The notes beneath the pieces were generated by a model, which saw only the letters and a list, made by a program, of their open reading frames with translations, was not told where the DNA came from and searched no databases. From an uncultured Candidatus Actinomarina sp. (GTDB lineage Bacteria > Actinomycetota > Acidimicrobiia > Actinomarinales > Actinomarinaceae): a stretch of 64,000 nucleotides of DNA. The position numbers were made by a program, and so were the translations under genes. Shown piece by piece: positions 42,008 through 51,711 of the stretch. Where the stretch lies: positions 5,142 through 69,141 of the forward strand of contig CACNQV010000004.1 in NCBI GenBank assembly GCA_902622665.1, written 5' to 3'. Each line of letters starts with the position of its first letter. Position 1 is the stretch's first letter.

Positions 42008-42913
42008 GTGGCTAAAGTTACATTTGAGAATAGAACAGTAGTTGTTACAGGAGCAGGTAATGGGCTTGGTAAAGCGTATGCTTTAGATTTAGGTGCCCGT
42101 GGTGCAAAAGTAGTTGTTAATGATTTAGGTGGTGCTGTAGATGGATCTGGTTCTGGAAGTACGCCGGCTGATGAAGTTGTAAATGAAATCATAGCTAATG
42201 GAGGAGAGGCTGTTGCTAATTACGACTCAGTTGCAACTAGGGAAGGTGGAGAATCTATTATACAAACTGCGATTGATAATTTTGGCACAGTAGATGCAGT
42301 TGTAAACAATGCTGGTATTTTAAGAGATAAAAGTTTTGCAAACATGTCAGAAGAAGAGTTATCTCTAATTATAGATGTGCATCTAAAAGGCACCTTTTAT
42401 GTTTCTCAGCCTGCTTTTAAGGTAATGAAAGAAAATGCATATGGAAGGATAGTAAATGTGGCTTCACCTTCTGGTTTATTTGGTAATTTTGGTCAGTCAA
42501 ACTATGGTGCGGCAAAAATGGGTATAGTAGGACTAACTAACGTATTAGCAATTGAAGGTGCAAAATATAATATAAAAGTAAATGTCATTGCTCCAACAGC
42601 TTATACACGAATGACAGAAGCACTTCTTCCAGAAGATGTAGGAAAATTATTTAGTGCAGAATTAGTAACTCCGATGGTTTCTTATCTAGCATCTGAGGCT
42701 TGTGAGCCAAGTCATGAAATTTTTGGAGTTGCTGCTGGGCGTTTTGCTCGTATTGGAATTATTACTCATGAAGGATATGTAAATACAAGTGCAACTGCCG
42801 AAGACATAAATGACAATATTGAAGAAATAAGAAATATTGAAAATGGCACGTATCCTCTTAGTAACGAGGATGAGCTGATGATAATTCAGAAAGCTATACA
42901 AGGTAATCAATAA
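42008..42913 (+). CDS. SDR-family 3-hydroxyacyl-CoA dehydrogenase-like oxidoreductase (MFE-2 dehydrogenase type)
   Basis: VVVTGAGNGLGKAYALDLGARGAKVVVNDLGG, NNAGILRD, and the S...YGAAK catalytic pattern. GTG start. Confidence 0.8.
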   Translation: MAKVTFENRTVVVTGAGNGLGKAYALDLGARGAKVVVNDLGGAVDGSGSGSTPADEVVNEIIANGGEAVANYDSVATREGGESIIQTAIDNFGTVDAVVNNAGILRDKSFANMSEEELSLIIDVHLKGTFYVSQPAFKVMKENAYGRIVNVASPSGLFGNFGQSNYGAAKMGIVGLTNVLAIEGAKYNIKVNVIAPTAYTRMTEALLPEDVGKLFSAELVTPMVSYLASEACEPSHEIFGVAAGRFARIGIITHEGYVNTSATAEDINDNIEEIRNIENGTYPLSNEDELMIIQKAIQGNQ

Positions 42914-42937
42914 GATAAATTTGATGTATAATTTCGT

Positions 42938-44155
42938 ATGGTAAAAACTGAAATTAAATACTCTGATGCAGAACAACTGGTAAGAGACAAATTAGATGAA
43001 CTAATTCAATTCAGAAATGAAACTGATGACATTAAAGAATTTTGGGGTAAACAATTCGATCTAGGACTTGCTTGGGTTCAATTTCCAGAAGGCGCAGGCG
43101 GATTAGGATTAAATCCAAAATATCAACTTATAATTACTGAAACTCTAAGGAATGAAGGAATTTCTCAACAAAACAGGATTGCAAATATTCTTGGTATAGG
43201 AATGGGTGCACCAACAATTGTGGAGTATGGCACTCCAGAACAAATTCAACAATACTTAAGACCAATGTTCACTGCTGATGAGATATGGTGCCAATTATTT
43301 TCAGAGCCAGGCTCTGGATCAGATTTAGCAAGTTTATCAACTAAAGCTATAGATGATGGTGATGGTTTTATTGTAAATGGTCAAAAAGTTTGGACAACAT
43401 TAGGGCATGTAGCTAAATGGGGCCTAATAGTGACCAGGACAGATCCAGATGTTCCAAAGCATAGGGGATTAACTTTTTTTATAGTTGACATGGAGTCTGA
43501 TGGTGTAGACGTAAGGCCTCTTAGACAAATAACTGGTGAAGCAGAGTTTAATGAGGTTTATTTTACTGACGTTAAGGTTCCAAAAGAAAATATTTTAGGA
43601 GGCCTTGGAGATGGCTGGAGAGTTTCTCTTGCTATATTAATGAATGAAAGAGTTGCTATTGGAGGCAATGTTCGTGAAAGAGGAAGTGGTGCGCCAGGTC
43701 ACTTAGTTCAACTTTGGAATGATAAAAAACTTGATGATCCAGTCTCAAGAGATAAGTTGATAAAACTTTGGATTGAACAGGAAGCAGTGAGATTAACAAA
43801 TGTTAGAGCATTTGAAAATAGAGAAAAAGGAACACCTGGCCCAGAAGGCTCTACTAGCAAATTATATGAAGCTGAAATCAACAAAGCATCATATGAGTTT
43901 GGTATGGAAATGCTTGGGAATGATGCGTTATTATTTCCAAGAGGATATGAGTTGACTCAACCTGAATTAAATTTTGAAAATGAGACTTTTGGTTTTACGG
44001 ATACGCAAAGTCTTTTTCTAAGATCAAGAGCAAATTCAATAGAGGGTGGAACATCTGAAATAATGAGAAATATTATTGCTGAGAGAGTTCTAGGGCTTCC
44101 AAGTGAGCCAAAACTAGATAAAGATAAAGCTTGGAAAGATATTCCAAGATCTTAG
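42938..44155 (+). CDS. acyl-CoA dehydrogenase
   Basis: FSEPGSGSDLASL, VNGQKVWTT, FNEVYFTDVKVP and the C-terminal IEGGTSEIMRNIIAE. Confidence 0.85.
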   Translation: MVKTEIKYSDAEQLVRDKLDELIQFRNETDDIKEFWGKQFDLGLAWVQFPEGAGGLGLNPKYQLIITETLRNEGISQQNRIANILGIGMGAPTIVEYGTPEQIQQYLRPMFTADEIWCQLFSEPGSGSDLASLSTKAIDDGDGFIVNGQKVWTTLGHVAKWGLIVTRTDPDVPKHRGLTFFIVDMESDGVDVRPLRQITGEAEFNEVYFTDVKVPKENILGGLGDGWRVSLAILMNERVAIGGNVRERGSGAPGHLVQLWNDKKLDDPVSRDKLIKLWIEQEAVRLTNVRAFENREKGTPGPEGSTSKLYEAEINKASYEFGMEMLGNDALLFPRGYELTQPELNFENETFGFTDTQSLFLRSRANSIEGGTSEIMRNIIAERVLGLPSEPKLDKDKAWKDIPRS

Positions 44156-44766
44156 TAAATTACGCTAAATAAACCATCTTCACAATTTATTGTTACTTCG
44201 TCGCTTATGGAAACATTTCTGAGTGTCTTTGTACTACCAGGTTCAACATCTGTTTTATCAAGTTCCCATTTGGCACCTGTAATTGATAATGATTTTAAAT
44301 GTGTGATTGGTATGATGCTAAAATTTGAACCAACTTTCATTTCGATGGAAACATTTCTTTTAAATATAATTTTGTTATCTTTATAGAACCACGTCAAGTT
44401 TTCGGCAAATTCATAATTAATGAGACTAGAAAAAATTGAAAACAAATGGTCAATTTCTCCCTCTTCTCCGCCAATTAAATAAATATTCTTTTCGTTTGGG
44501 TTATCGATAATCTCAAGGGAAAGTTCAAAATCAGTCTTGTCTTTATCTGTTTCATATTTAATTAAATTTATATCCATACTTTTTATTTTTTCTAGTAATG
44601 AAGCTTCAATCGAATCTAGATCACCTAGAACTATAGTTGGTGTTATTAATCTGTTAAATAAATGTTTAGTGCCTTTATCAACACCTATAATTTCTGTAAA
44701 ATCTTTATCATTTAAATCGTGATTGGTTGAGCAATTTCCGCCTAATGATATAAGAATATTTGTCAT
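44152..44766 (-). CDS. thiN: thiamine pyrophosphokinase
   Basis: IIGVDKGT, LGDLDSI, DKDKTDFELSL, GGEEGEIDH and the TGAKWEL pattern match the TPK/ThiN layout as I recall it from B. subtilis ThiN. Confidence 0.8.
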   Translation of the reverse strand: MTNILISLGGNCSTNHDLNDKDFTEIIGVDKGTKHLFNRLITPTIVLGDLDSIEASLLEKIKSMDINLIKYETDKDKTDFELSLEIIDNPNEKNIYLIGGEEGEIDHLFSIFSSLINYEFAENLTWFYKDNKIIFKRNVSIEMKVGSNFSIIPITHLKSLSITGAKWELDKTDVEPGSTKTLRNVSISDEVTINCEDGLFSVIY

Positions 44767-44838
44767 ATTTAACTATTATATATAGCTTGTTTAATTTAAT
44801 AATTTCTCACATATCTCAAATCAGCTAATATAGAACAT

Positions 44839-45465
44839 ATGAGTGAAGAATTTAAATTTAATATTGGTGAAGAAGCTGTACAAACCATAATTGGTCTTCG
44901 GGATCAAGAACCTGGTGACAAAGAGTATGCCTTATTCTTACAAATAGATGGTGTACATGGCAACCAATTCACATACGACCTAAGTTTTTTAGATATCGGT
45001 CAAGCTAGGTCTGATGATAAAAAAATAGATTTTGGAGATCTTCCAGTGATTATTGCATCAAAAGATATTGATAAGTTTGATGGTGCAAGCCTTGATATGT
45101 CTGAAGATCCTGATGCACCTGGGCTAACAATGGATAATCCAAATACTCCTAGCCCTGCGATGATTGGGAATCCTGATGACCTCCCAGAATTAAAAGGTGA
45201 ATTAGCTGAAAAAGTACAAGCTGTATTAGAAAATCAAATAAACCCAGCTATAGCTTCACACGGTGGTGCGGCACAATTAATCGGTGTTGAGGGCAATGAT
45301 ATTTACTTAAGACTTGGCGGAGGTTGTCAAGGATGTGGTATGGCACAAGTAACACTAACTCAAGGTATCGAAGCTTCTTTACGTGAAGCTGTTCCTGAAA
45401 TTGAGAATATTATAGATGCAACTGATCATGCCGCTGGCGAAAATCCTTATTTCGCTTCCCACTAG
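44839..45465 (+). CDS. NfuA-like Fe-S cluster carrier (degenerate A-type N-domain + Nfu C-domain)
   Basis: C-terminal INPAIASHGGAAQLIGVEG...GGGCQGCGMAQVTL Nfu motif. The N-terminal ~100 aa are HesB/IscA-like but lack the Cys triad. Confidence 0.7.
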   Translation: MSEEFKFNIGEEAVQTIIGLRDQEPGDKEYALFLQIDGVHGNQFTYDLSFLDIGQARSDDKKIDFGDLPVIIASKDIDKFDGASLDMSEDPDAPGLTMDNPNTPSPAMIGNPDDLPELKGELAEKVQAVLENQINPAIASHGGAAQLIGVEGNDIYLRLGGGCQGCGMAQVTLTQGIEASLREAVPEIENIIDATDHAAGENPYFASH

Positions 45466-46433
45466 ACACTAATAACTGTTTTACCTATATTTCTTCTAGT
45501 TAGAAAATTTTCAAGAGCCACAGCTGTCTTATCAATTTTATAAATATTTTTTGGAATAATATCAAGTTTTCCATTTTCAACAAAAGAAATTAATTCCTTA
45601 AAATCTTGTGCAGTTTCGTCAGGGGAAGTATTCGTCCACCGACCCCACCAAACTCCAACAATTGAAACACCTTTCACGAGTGTTAAATTAAGAGAGATTT
45701 TAGGGATTTCACCGTTTGCAAAACCAATTACTAAAAGTCTTCCGTTAAATGCAGTAGCTCTTAAAGCCTGCTCGGTTGCATCTCCACCAACAGGATCAAT
45801 AACAATATCTACGCCTTTGCCCCCAGTTAATTCTTTGACAGTTTCTTTCAAGTCAACTTGGTCATAACGAATTATTTCATCTCCACCTATATTTTTGGCA
45901 TACTTTGCTTTATCTTCAGAACCAACAGCACAAATAGTTTTCAGTCCCATCACTTTCGCTAACTGAATAGCAGCAGTTCCAATTCCTCCAGATGCACCCA
46001 GGACTAAAAGACTTTCACCACTTTGAGCATTTGCTCTTCTTTTTAGTGAATAATATGAAGTTCCATAATTAATTGGTAAGCTCGCTCCAGCCAGGGGATC
46101 AAAGCCCTCATTTACTGGAATTACTAAATTCTTGTTTAAAGAGACGAACTCAGCAAATCCTCCGATCGGAGGAATCCCAATTACTTTGGTTCCCACAGGT
46201 ATATCAACATTTTCACCGATTTCTTCAACAATTCCACACACTTCATTGCCAGGAATAAACGGTGGGTCAATTACATTTTGGTATTTTCCTTGAACTAGTA
46301 AAGCATCTGGAAAATTAACTCCAGCAACTTCAACTTTAATTAATACTTCATCCTTACTAATAATTGGTTTATCTACTTCTTTTATCTCTAATAAATTTGG
46401 ATCACCTAATTTTGTGCATACGACTGCTTTCAT
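45462..46433 (-). CDS. NADPH:quinone oxidoreductase / MDR-family zinc-independent dehydrogenase
   Basis: AGVNFPD, GNEVCG and the VLGASGGIGTAAIQLAK Rossmann motif. Confidence 0.85.
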   Translation of the reverse strand: MKAVVCTKLGDPNLLEIKEVDKPIISKDEVLIKVEVAGVNFPDALLVQGKYQNVIDPPFIPGNEVCGIVEEIGENVDIPVGTKVIGIPPIGGFAEFVSLNKNLVIPVNEGFDPLAGASLPINYGTSYYSLKRRANAQSGESLLVLGASGGIGTAAIQLAKVMGLKTICAVGSEDKAKYAKNIGGDEIIRYDQVDLKETVKELTGGKGVDIVIDPVGGDATEQALRATAFNGRLLVIGFANGEIPKISLNLTLVKGVSIVGVWWGRWTNTSPDETAQDFKELISFVENGKLDIIPKNIYKIDKTAVALENFLTRRNIGKTVISV

Positions 46434-46492
46434 TTTTTTCCTTTATGTAATCCTCGATAATTTTAAGTCAAGTCTTTTAAATATCTGTATAG

Positions 46493-47671
46493 TTATATAA
46501 CTTCAAATAATCCGGCAGCACCCATGCCACCACCAACACACATTGTAACAACAACGTATTTTGCACCTCTTCTTTTTCCTTCCATAAGAGCATGCATTGT
46601 CATTCTTGCACCAGTCATTCCATATGGATGACCAATGGATATTGAACCACCATTTACATTATAAATTTCATTATCAATACCCAAGTAATCTCGACAATAT
46701 AAGGCTTGTACTGCGAATGCTTCATTAAGCTCCCATAATCCTATATCATCAATGCTTAAGTTAAATTTTTCAAGCAATTTAGGAACAGCATATATAGGGC
46801 CAATTCCCATTTCTTCAGGTGCTAAACCTGCAACAGCCATTCCTCTGTAATAGCCAAGGGGAGTGAGGCCTTTGTTTTCTGCAACCTTTGATTCCATAAC
46901 TACTGCAGATGCAGACCCATCAGATAGCTGGGATGCATTTCCAGCAGTTATAAACTTACCCTCTCCATATACTGGAACCAAAGATGATAGACCTTCCAAA
47001 TTTGTTTCTGGTCTGTTACCTTCATCTTTTTCTAAGGTAGTTTCTTGTTCAGAAATTTCGCCAGATTCTTTATCTTTTACTAACTTTGTAGTAGTGGTTG
47101 AAATGATTTCATCTTTATAAAGATCTGCTTCTTGAGCAGCAGCTGTTCTTTGCTGACTTTGTAAAGAATACTCATCTTGACTTTCTCTTGTGACATTATA
47201 TTTTTCAGCAACATGATCTGCAGTTTCAATCATTGGCATATATGCATGTTGTGCGTGAGCAGTAACGTTAGGATCTATATCTACTCTGAAATCAGCAGTT
47301 TGAACAAGTGAAATAGATTCTACGCCTCCAGCAACCACAATGTCCATGTTATCTGTTATAACCTGTTTTGATGCAGTAGCGATTGCCATCATTCCCGAGG
47401 AGCATTGTCTGTCTATTGTCATGCCCGGAACATTATCTGGTAATCCAGCTGCAATGCCTGATAGCCTTCCAATGTTTATAGCTTGTGTGCCTTGTTGTTG
47501 AGCACATCCCATGACAACATCCTCAACTTCTCTAGGGTCAATTCCAGCTCTATCAATAGCTTCTTTGATTGAATAGGAAGCTAAAGTTGGAGCTGCAGTT
47601 TTGTTGTATGCACCCCTATAAGCTTTGCCAATCGGTGTTCGGGCGGCTGATACAATTACTGCTTCTCTCAT
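46493..47671 (-). CDS. acetyl-CoA C-acyltransferase (thiolase)
   Basis: DRQCSSGM (active Cys), [24 protein letters not shown]. Confidence 0.92.
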   Translation of the reverse strand: MREAVIVSAARTPIGKAYRGAYNKTAAPTLASYSIKEAIDRAGIDPREVEDVVMGCAQQQGTQAINIGRLSGIAAGLPDNVPGMTIDRQCSSGMMAIATASKQVITDNMDIVVAGGVESISLVQTADFRVDIDPNVTAHAQHAYMPMIETADHVAEKYNVTRESQDEYSLQSQQRTAAAQEADLYKDEIISTTTTKLVKDKESGEISEQETTLEKDEGNRPETNLEGLSSLVPVYGEGKFITAGNASQLSDGSASAVVMESKVAENKGLTPLGYYRGMAVAGLAPEEMGIGPIYAVPKLLEKFNLSIDDIGLWELNEAFAVQALYCRDYLGIDNEIYNVNGGSISIGHPYGMTGARMTMHALMEGKRRGAKYVVVTMCVGGGMGAAGLFEVI

Positions 47672-47686
47672 AAATTTCTCCTTTTA

Positions 47687-48148
47687 TTATTCGCTTACAA
47701 CGTATAAAGTTAATGCTTCGACAACCGCTGCAGGTTTTTCTTTACCCTCAATTTCGATTGTACAAGTTGTTTTCGTAAGCCATCTTCCATTTTTTTTATA
47801 ATTAACTTCTGCGAGAACAAAACGACCTCTGATTTTGCTATTTACGGGAACGGCTTCCATAAATCTGACTTTGTCTGCACCGTAATTAATAGCCATCTGA
47901 AGCCCTTCTGGCATATATCCAATATCAGCTTGAAGATAGGTAAGCAAGCTTAACGTTAAAAACCCATGAGATATTGTTGTTCCCCAAGGTGTTGCCTTTG
48001 CCATTTCAGGATCTACATGAATAAATTGATGGTCATTTGTTGCTTCAGCAAATTGATTGATTCTTTCTTGAGTTACCTCGAACCAATCAGAAACACCTAC
48101 TTCTTCACCAATATGATTTTCTAGCTCATTTGCTGGAATAACTTTCAA
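47687..48148 (-). CDS. MaoC-family (R)-specific enoyl-CoA hydratase
   Basis: FAEATNDHQFIHVDPEMA...TISHGFLTLSL hotdog hydratase motif. 4-nt overlap with the upstream kinase gene. Confidence 0.85.
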   Translation of the reverse strand: MKVIPANELENHIGEEVGVSDWFEVTQERINQFAEATNDHQFIHVDPEMAKATPWGTTISHGFLTLSLLTYLQADIGYMPEGLQMAINYGADKVRFMEAVPVNSKIRGRFVLAEVNYKKNGRWLTKTTCTIEIEGKEKPAAVVEALTLYVVSE

Positions 48149-49167
48149 AATATCTCCTTAAGTAAATTTTTAGCTGATGCTTTTTGTGCAAAGCTAAGAG
48201 TGCTTTCGCCAAATGCCTCAACTTCTTCCTTATCAACATTACCATAATAACCAAGAGAATATCGAACATATACCCCCTCCATTATCATTGCATGTTTCCA
48301 AAATGATAGCCTTACGTAAAATTCAATTTCATTTAGATTAAGTTTAGATTTTTCTTCGTACAAAGTTAGAATTTTATCTCTACTTGGAAATCCATCACTT
48401 AAAGAAGGGGAATATATAAACGGAGTATCTTTTTCTTTTTTATCTGCCCATGAGGCAATAACAGTTCCTAAATCAGCTAGTGGATCTCCTAATGTACAAA
48501 GTTCCCAGTCAAGTATGGCAGATACATTGTTATTTTTTACTCTGACATTATCTAATCTATAGTCACCATGAACAATACTAACTCTTTGCTGTGTTGGAAT
48601 TTTTTCCAAAAGAATATTGGTTGCTATATCTAAATCATTTATTTCTCTAACTTTTTGTGCACTAAATTGCTTATTCCATCTAATCAACTGCCTCTCTACA
48701 TAACCATCATGTTTTCCTAAGTCCTTTAAACCAGAACTTTGAACGTCAAAATTGTGTAATTCTGTGAGTGTTGTAATAAATGAATTAGTAATTAATTCCT
48801 TATCTTTTTTTGAAAAATTTTCTGCGATTAAATTATCAGATATTGTCTCACCATCAATATATTCCATAATATAGAAATCATCTTGAGAAATAGTTTTGTC
48901 TGCACATAAATGTACAGGATCAGGAACTTTCAGATTATTTTTACTTAATTCTGTAATAATTTTGTATTCGCGTTGCATATTATGTGCAGATTCAAGCTTG
49001 TTTCCAAATGGTGGTCTTCTTAGAACATAAGTATTTTTTGAATCAAAAATTTTAAATGTTATATTTGATCTTCCTACTTTGAATCTTTCAAAATCAAAAT
49101 CGATGTTCAAATCAATGTTTGAAGATATATATTCTCTTATTTGGTTTGTAAAAAAATTCATTAACAA
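48145..49167 (-). CDS. APH-family phosphotransferase (ACAD10/11 kinase-domain-like)
   Basis: SNITFKI..., VLRRPP, the catalytic loop IVHGDYRLDNV and ILDWELCTLGDPLADL are typical of aminoglycoside-phosphotransferase-fold kinases. Confidence 0.8.
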   Translation of the reverse strand: MLMNFFTNQIREYISSNIDLNIDFDFERFKVGRSNITFKIFDSKNTYVLRRPPFGNKLESAHNMQREYKIITELSKNNLKVPDPVHLCADKTISQDDFYIMEYIDGETISDNLIAENFSKKDKELITNSFITTLTELHNFDVQSSGLKDLGKHDGYVERQLIRWNKQFSAQKVREINDLDIATNILLEKIPTQQRVSIVHGDYRLDNVRVKNNNVSAILDWELCTLGDPLADLGTVIASWADKKEKDTPFIYSPSLSDGFPSRDKILTLYEEKSKLNLNEIEFYVRLSFWKHAMIMEGVYVRYSLGYYGNVDKEEVEAFGESTLSFAQKASAKNLLKEIF

Positions 49168-49219
49168 ATATCTTATGAATTAATTCTCTTGGTCTCAAGT
49201 TAATTGATAGAATAAAATA

Positions 49220-50425
49220 ATGGATTTTAAATTTTCCCAAAAATCATCAGATCTTCAAGAAAAGATGAATAAATTTTTTGAGGATCATATTTTTCCAAAT
49301 GAAGAAGCTTATGAAAAAGCAATTTTAGATTCAGGGGATTCTTTGCATATTCCTGAACTACTTGATGAATTAAAAGATAAAGCCAGAAAAGAAGATTTGT
49401 GGAATTTATTTTTACCTGACAGTGAACATGGTGCAGGACTAACAAATGTTGACTATGCACCGTTAGCAGAAATAACTGGTCAGGTTTGGTGGGCTCCTGA
49501 GGTATTTAATTGCTCTGCGCCAGATACCGGGAATATGGAGATACTCGCAGAATTTGGAACACAAGACCAAAAAGACCAATGGTTAAGACCATTACTAAAT
49601 GGAGATATCAGATCTTGTTTTGCCATGACTGAACCAGATGTTGCTTCTTCTGATGCAACCAATATCTCAAGTTCAATAGTTTCAGATGGGGATAACTATG
49701 TTATTAATGGAAGAAAATGGTGGACTTCAAATGCAATTAATCCACGTGCTAAAATATGTATTTTTATGGGAGTAACAAACCCTGAGAATCCACCACATAC
49801 AAGACAAAGTCAAGTTCTTGTTCCTATGGACACAGAAGGGATAACTATAGTACGGCCGATGCATGTTTACGGCTACGACGACGGGTACACTGGTCATCCA
49901 GAATTAAATTTTGAAAATGTAGTTGTACCAAAATCCAATATTATAGGTGGTGAAGGTATGGGCTTTAAAATTGCTCAAGCTAGATTAGGGCCCGGAAGAA
50001 TTCATCACTGCATGAGAACAATTGGAATGGCTGAGAGAGCTCTTCAACTTATGATAAAGAGAGCTTTATCTAGGGAAACATTTGGTACAAAAATATCTGA
50101 TCATGGAGTAGTACAAGATTGGATTGCAAGATCAAGAATTAAAATAGAAGAGGCTAGACTTTTAACATTAAAAACAGCATGGCTGATTGACAATGTAGGT
50201 AAAGAGCAAGCCAAAATTGAAATCTCTGCAATAAAAGTTGGAGTAATAGAAGCCGCATCGTATGTAATTGATAAAGCTATTCAAGCACATGGAGCTATGG
50301 GAGTTTCACAAGACACTCCTTTAGCAAAAATGTCTGCTGGTGTGAGAACATTAAGGATCGCTGACGGTCCAGATGAAGTGCACCTTAGATCTATCGCAAA
50401 ACGTGAAATAAACAAGCATTTATGA
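49220..50425 (+). CDS. acyl-CoA dehydrogenase, ACAD10/11 (FadE2)-like subfamily
   Basis: SCFAMTEPDVASSDATNI, NGRKWWTSNAINPRAKICIFMG and ARLGPGRIHHCMRTIGMAERAL closely follow my recollection of the ACAD10/11 dehydrogenase domain. Confidence 0.85.
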   Translation: MDFKFSQKSSDLQEKMNKFFEDHIFPNEEAYEKAILDSGDSLHIPELLDELKDKARKEDLWNLFLPDSEHGAGLTNVDYAPLAEITGQVWWAPEVFNCSAPDTGNMEILAEFGTQDQKDQWLRPLLNGDIRSCFAMTEPDVASSDATNISSSIVSDGDNYVINGRKWWTSNAINPRAKICIFMGVTNPENPPHTRQSQVLVPMDTEGITIVRPMHVYGYDDGYTGHPELNFENVVVPKSNIIGGEGMGFKIAQARLGPGRIHHCMRTIGMAERALQLMIKRALSRETFGTKISDHGVVQDWIARSRIKIEEARLLTLKTAWLIDNVGKEQAKIEISAIKVGVIEAASYVIDKAIQAHGAMGVSQDTPLAKMSAGVRTLRIADGPDEVHLRSIAKREINKHL

Positions 50426-51282
50426 CTGAAAAAGTTGCAGTCATTGGCGGGGGGCAAATGGGCAGCCAAATAGCAGCATTAGCAGCAATGGCTGGTTACA
50501 AAACAAATATCTATGACGAAAATAAAGAAAATCTAGAATATAGATACAAATTTGTTGAAGAAAATATCAGAAATTTAATAGACAAAAAAATATACTCTGA
50601 AGATAAATTAGACTCCTACAAAGAAAATTTAGAACTCAATTATTCACTTGAGGAGGTAATAGAAGGAAAATCATTCGTAATTGAAGCTGTAATTGAAAGA
50701 TTTGACGTAAAGCTTGAAATTTTTAAACTGATTTCCAAATTAATGAACGAAGACGTTGTAATGGCAACTAATAGTTCTTTTATTCAAGCTTCTGAAATTT
50801 CCAATCATTGTGACCACCCAGAGAGGTTTATAAATATGCACTTCTTTTACCCACCAATAAGAATGGATTTAATTGAAATTTCATATCCTGTTGATGTATC
50901 AAAAAAAGTTTTAGAACGTACAAAAACTGTTAGTGAAAATATGGGAAGATCAGTTGTAGTTCTCAAAAAGGAAACCCCAGGGTTTATTGTAAATAGGATG
51001 TTGGCAGCTTTAGTTGATGAAGCTTATGAACTTTATGATGAAGGAATTGCTGATTTTGAAGACATAGATCTTGCTATTAAAAAAGGATTAAATCATCCTT
51101 TGGGCCCATTTGAACTTTCAGATTATTCAGGATTAGATATACATTATTATGCAAAATTGAAAAAGTACGAAGAATCTGGCGATCCTAAAGATGAGCCTAA
51201 AACGTTCCTAAAAGAGAAAGTTTTAAAGGGTGATTTAGGAGTAAAAACTGGTAAAGGTTTTTACGATTACAAAGAAGACTAA
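50422..51282 (+). CDS. 3-hydroxyacyl-CoA dehydrogenase (NAD-binding, Hbd-like)
   Basis: KVAVIGGGQMGSQIA, NSS, HFFYPP, PGFIVNRML and the GLNHPLGPFELSDYSGLD C-domain. Confidence 0.88.
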   Translation: MTEKVAVIGGGQMGSQIAALAAMAGYKTNIYDENKENLEYRYKFVEENIRNLIDKKIYSEDKLDSYKENLELNYSLEEVIEGKSFVIEAVIERFDVKLEIFKLISKLMNEDVVMATNSSFIQASEISNHCDHPERFINMHFFYPPIRMDLIEISYPVDVSKKVLERTKTVSENMGRSVVVLKKETPGFIVNRMLAALVDEAYELYDEGIADFEDIDLAIKKGLNHPLGPFELSDYSGLDIHYYAKLKKYEESGDPKDEPKTFLKEKVLKGDLGVKTGKGFYDYKED

Positions 51283-51283
51283 A

Positions 51284-51694
51284 TTATTCGAAATCTTCGT
51301 CTTTTAGATTAAAGATTACTTCCTTTTTAGGTTTTATTACCAATATAATTCTTTCGGTTTGTACAGGAAATGGATAAGGCTTTTCCCAATATTTTTGAGA
51401 TAATTTATCAATATTATCTCTAGCTTCTTTTCCCGAAATTTCTCCAACTACCTCACCTCTTATTTCAACAAATTTAAATGGGTCATCATGTTTCCAAATC
51501 ATAACCGTCACTCTCGGATCTTTTAAAACATTTTTGTATTTGAACCTGTGAATCTCCGTATTAATTAAAATATTTTCACCATCTGTATCAACCCACATCA
51601 CATGAGTTTGAGGTACACCATTTTGAAATAAAGTTGTTAATGCTGCATAATTTGGACCAGATGCCATTTGAATGGTTTTATTGTCTAACTTCAT
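51284..51694 (-). CDS. PPOX-class (pyridoxamine-5'-phosphate-oxidase fold) probable F420-dependent oxidoreductase
   Basis: 136 aa. YAALTTLFQNGVPQTHVMWVD...NVLKDPRVTVMIW...FVEIRGEV follows the split-barrel PPOX/F420 family pattern. Confidence 0.6.
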   Translation of the reverse strand: MKLDNKTIQMASGPNYAALTTLFQNGVPQTHVMWVDTDGENILINTEIHRFKYKNVLKDPRVTVMIWKHDDPFKFVEIRGEVVGEISGKEARDNIDKLSQKYWEKPYPFPVQTERIILVIKPKKEVIFNLKDEDFE

Positions 51695-51711
51695 CTGTTA
51701 AATTATAGTTT

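Noticed and set aside
49168-49219. Partial inverted repeat (aattaattctcttg...caagttaattga) between the kinase and ACAD genes as a TetR-type operator
   Set aside because: The arms need a 3-nt bulge to align. No TetR-family gene is nearby. The sequence is mostly generic TTAATT.
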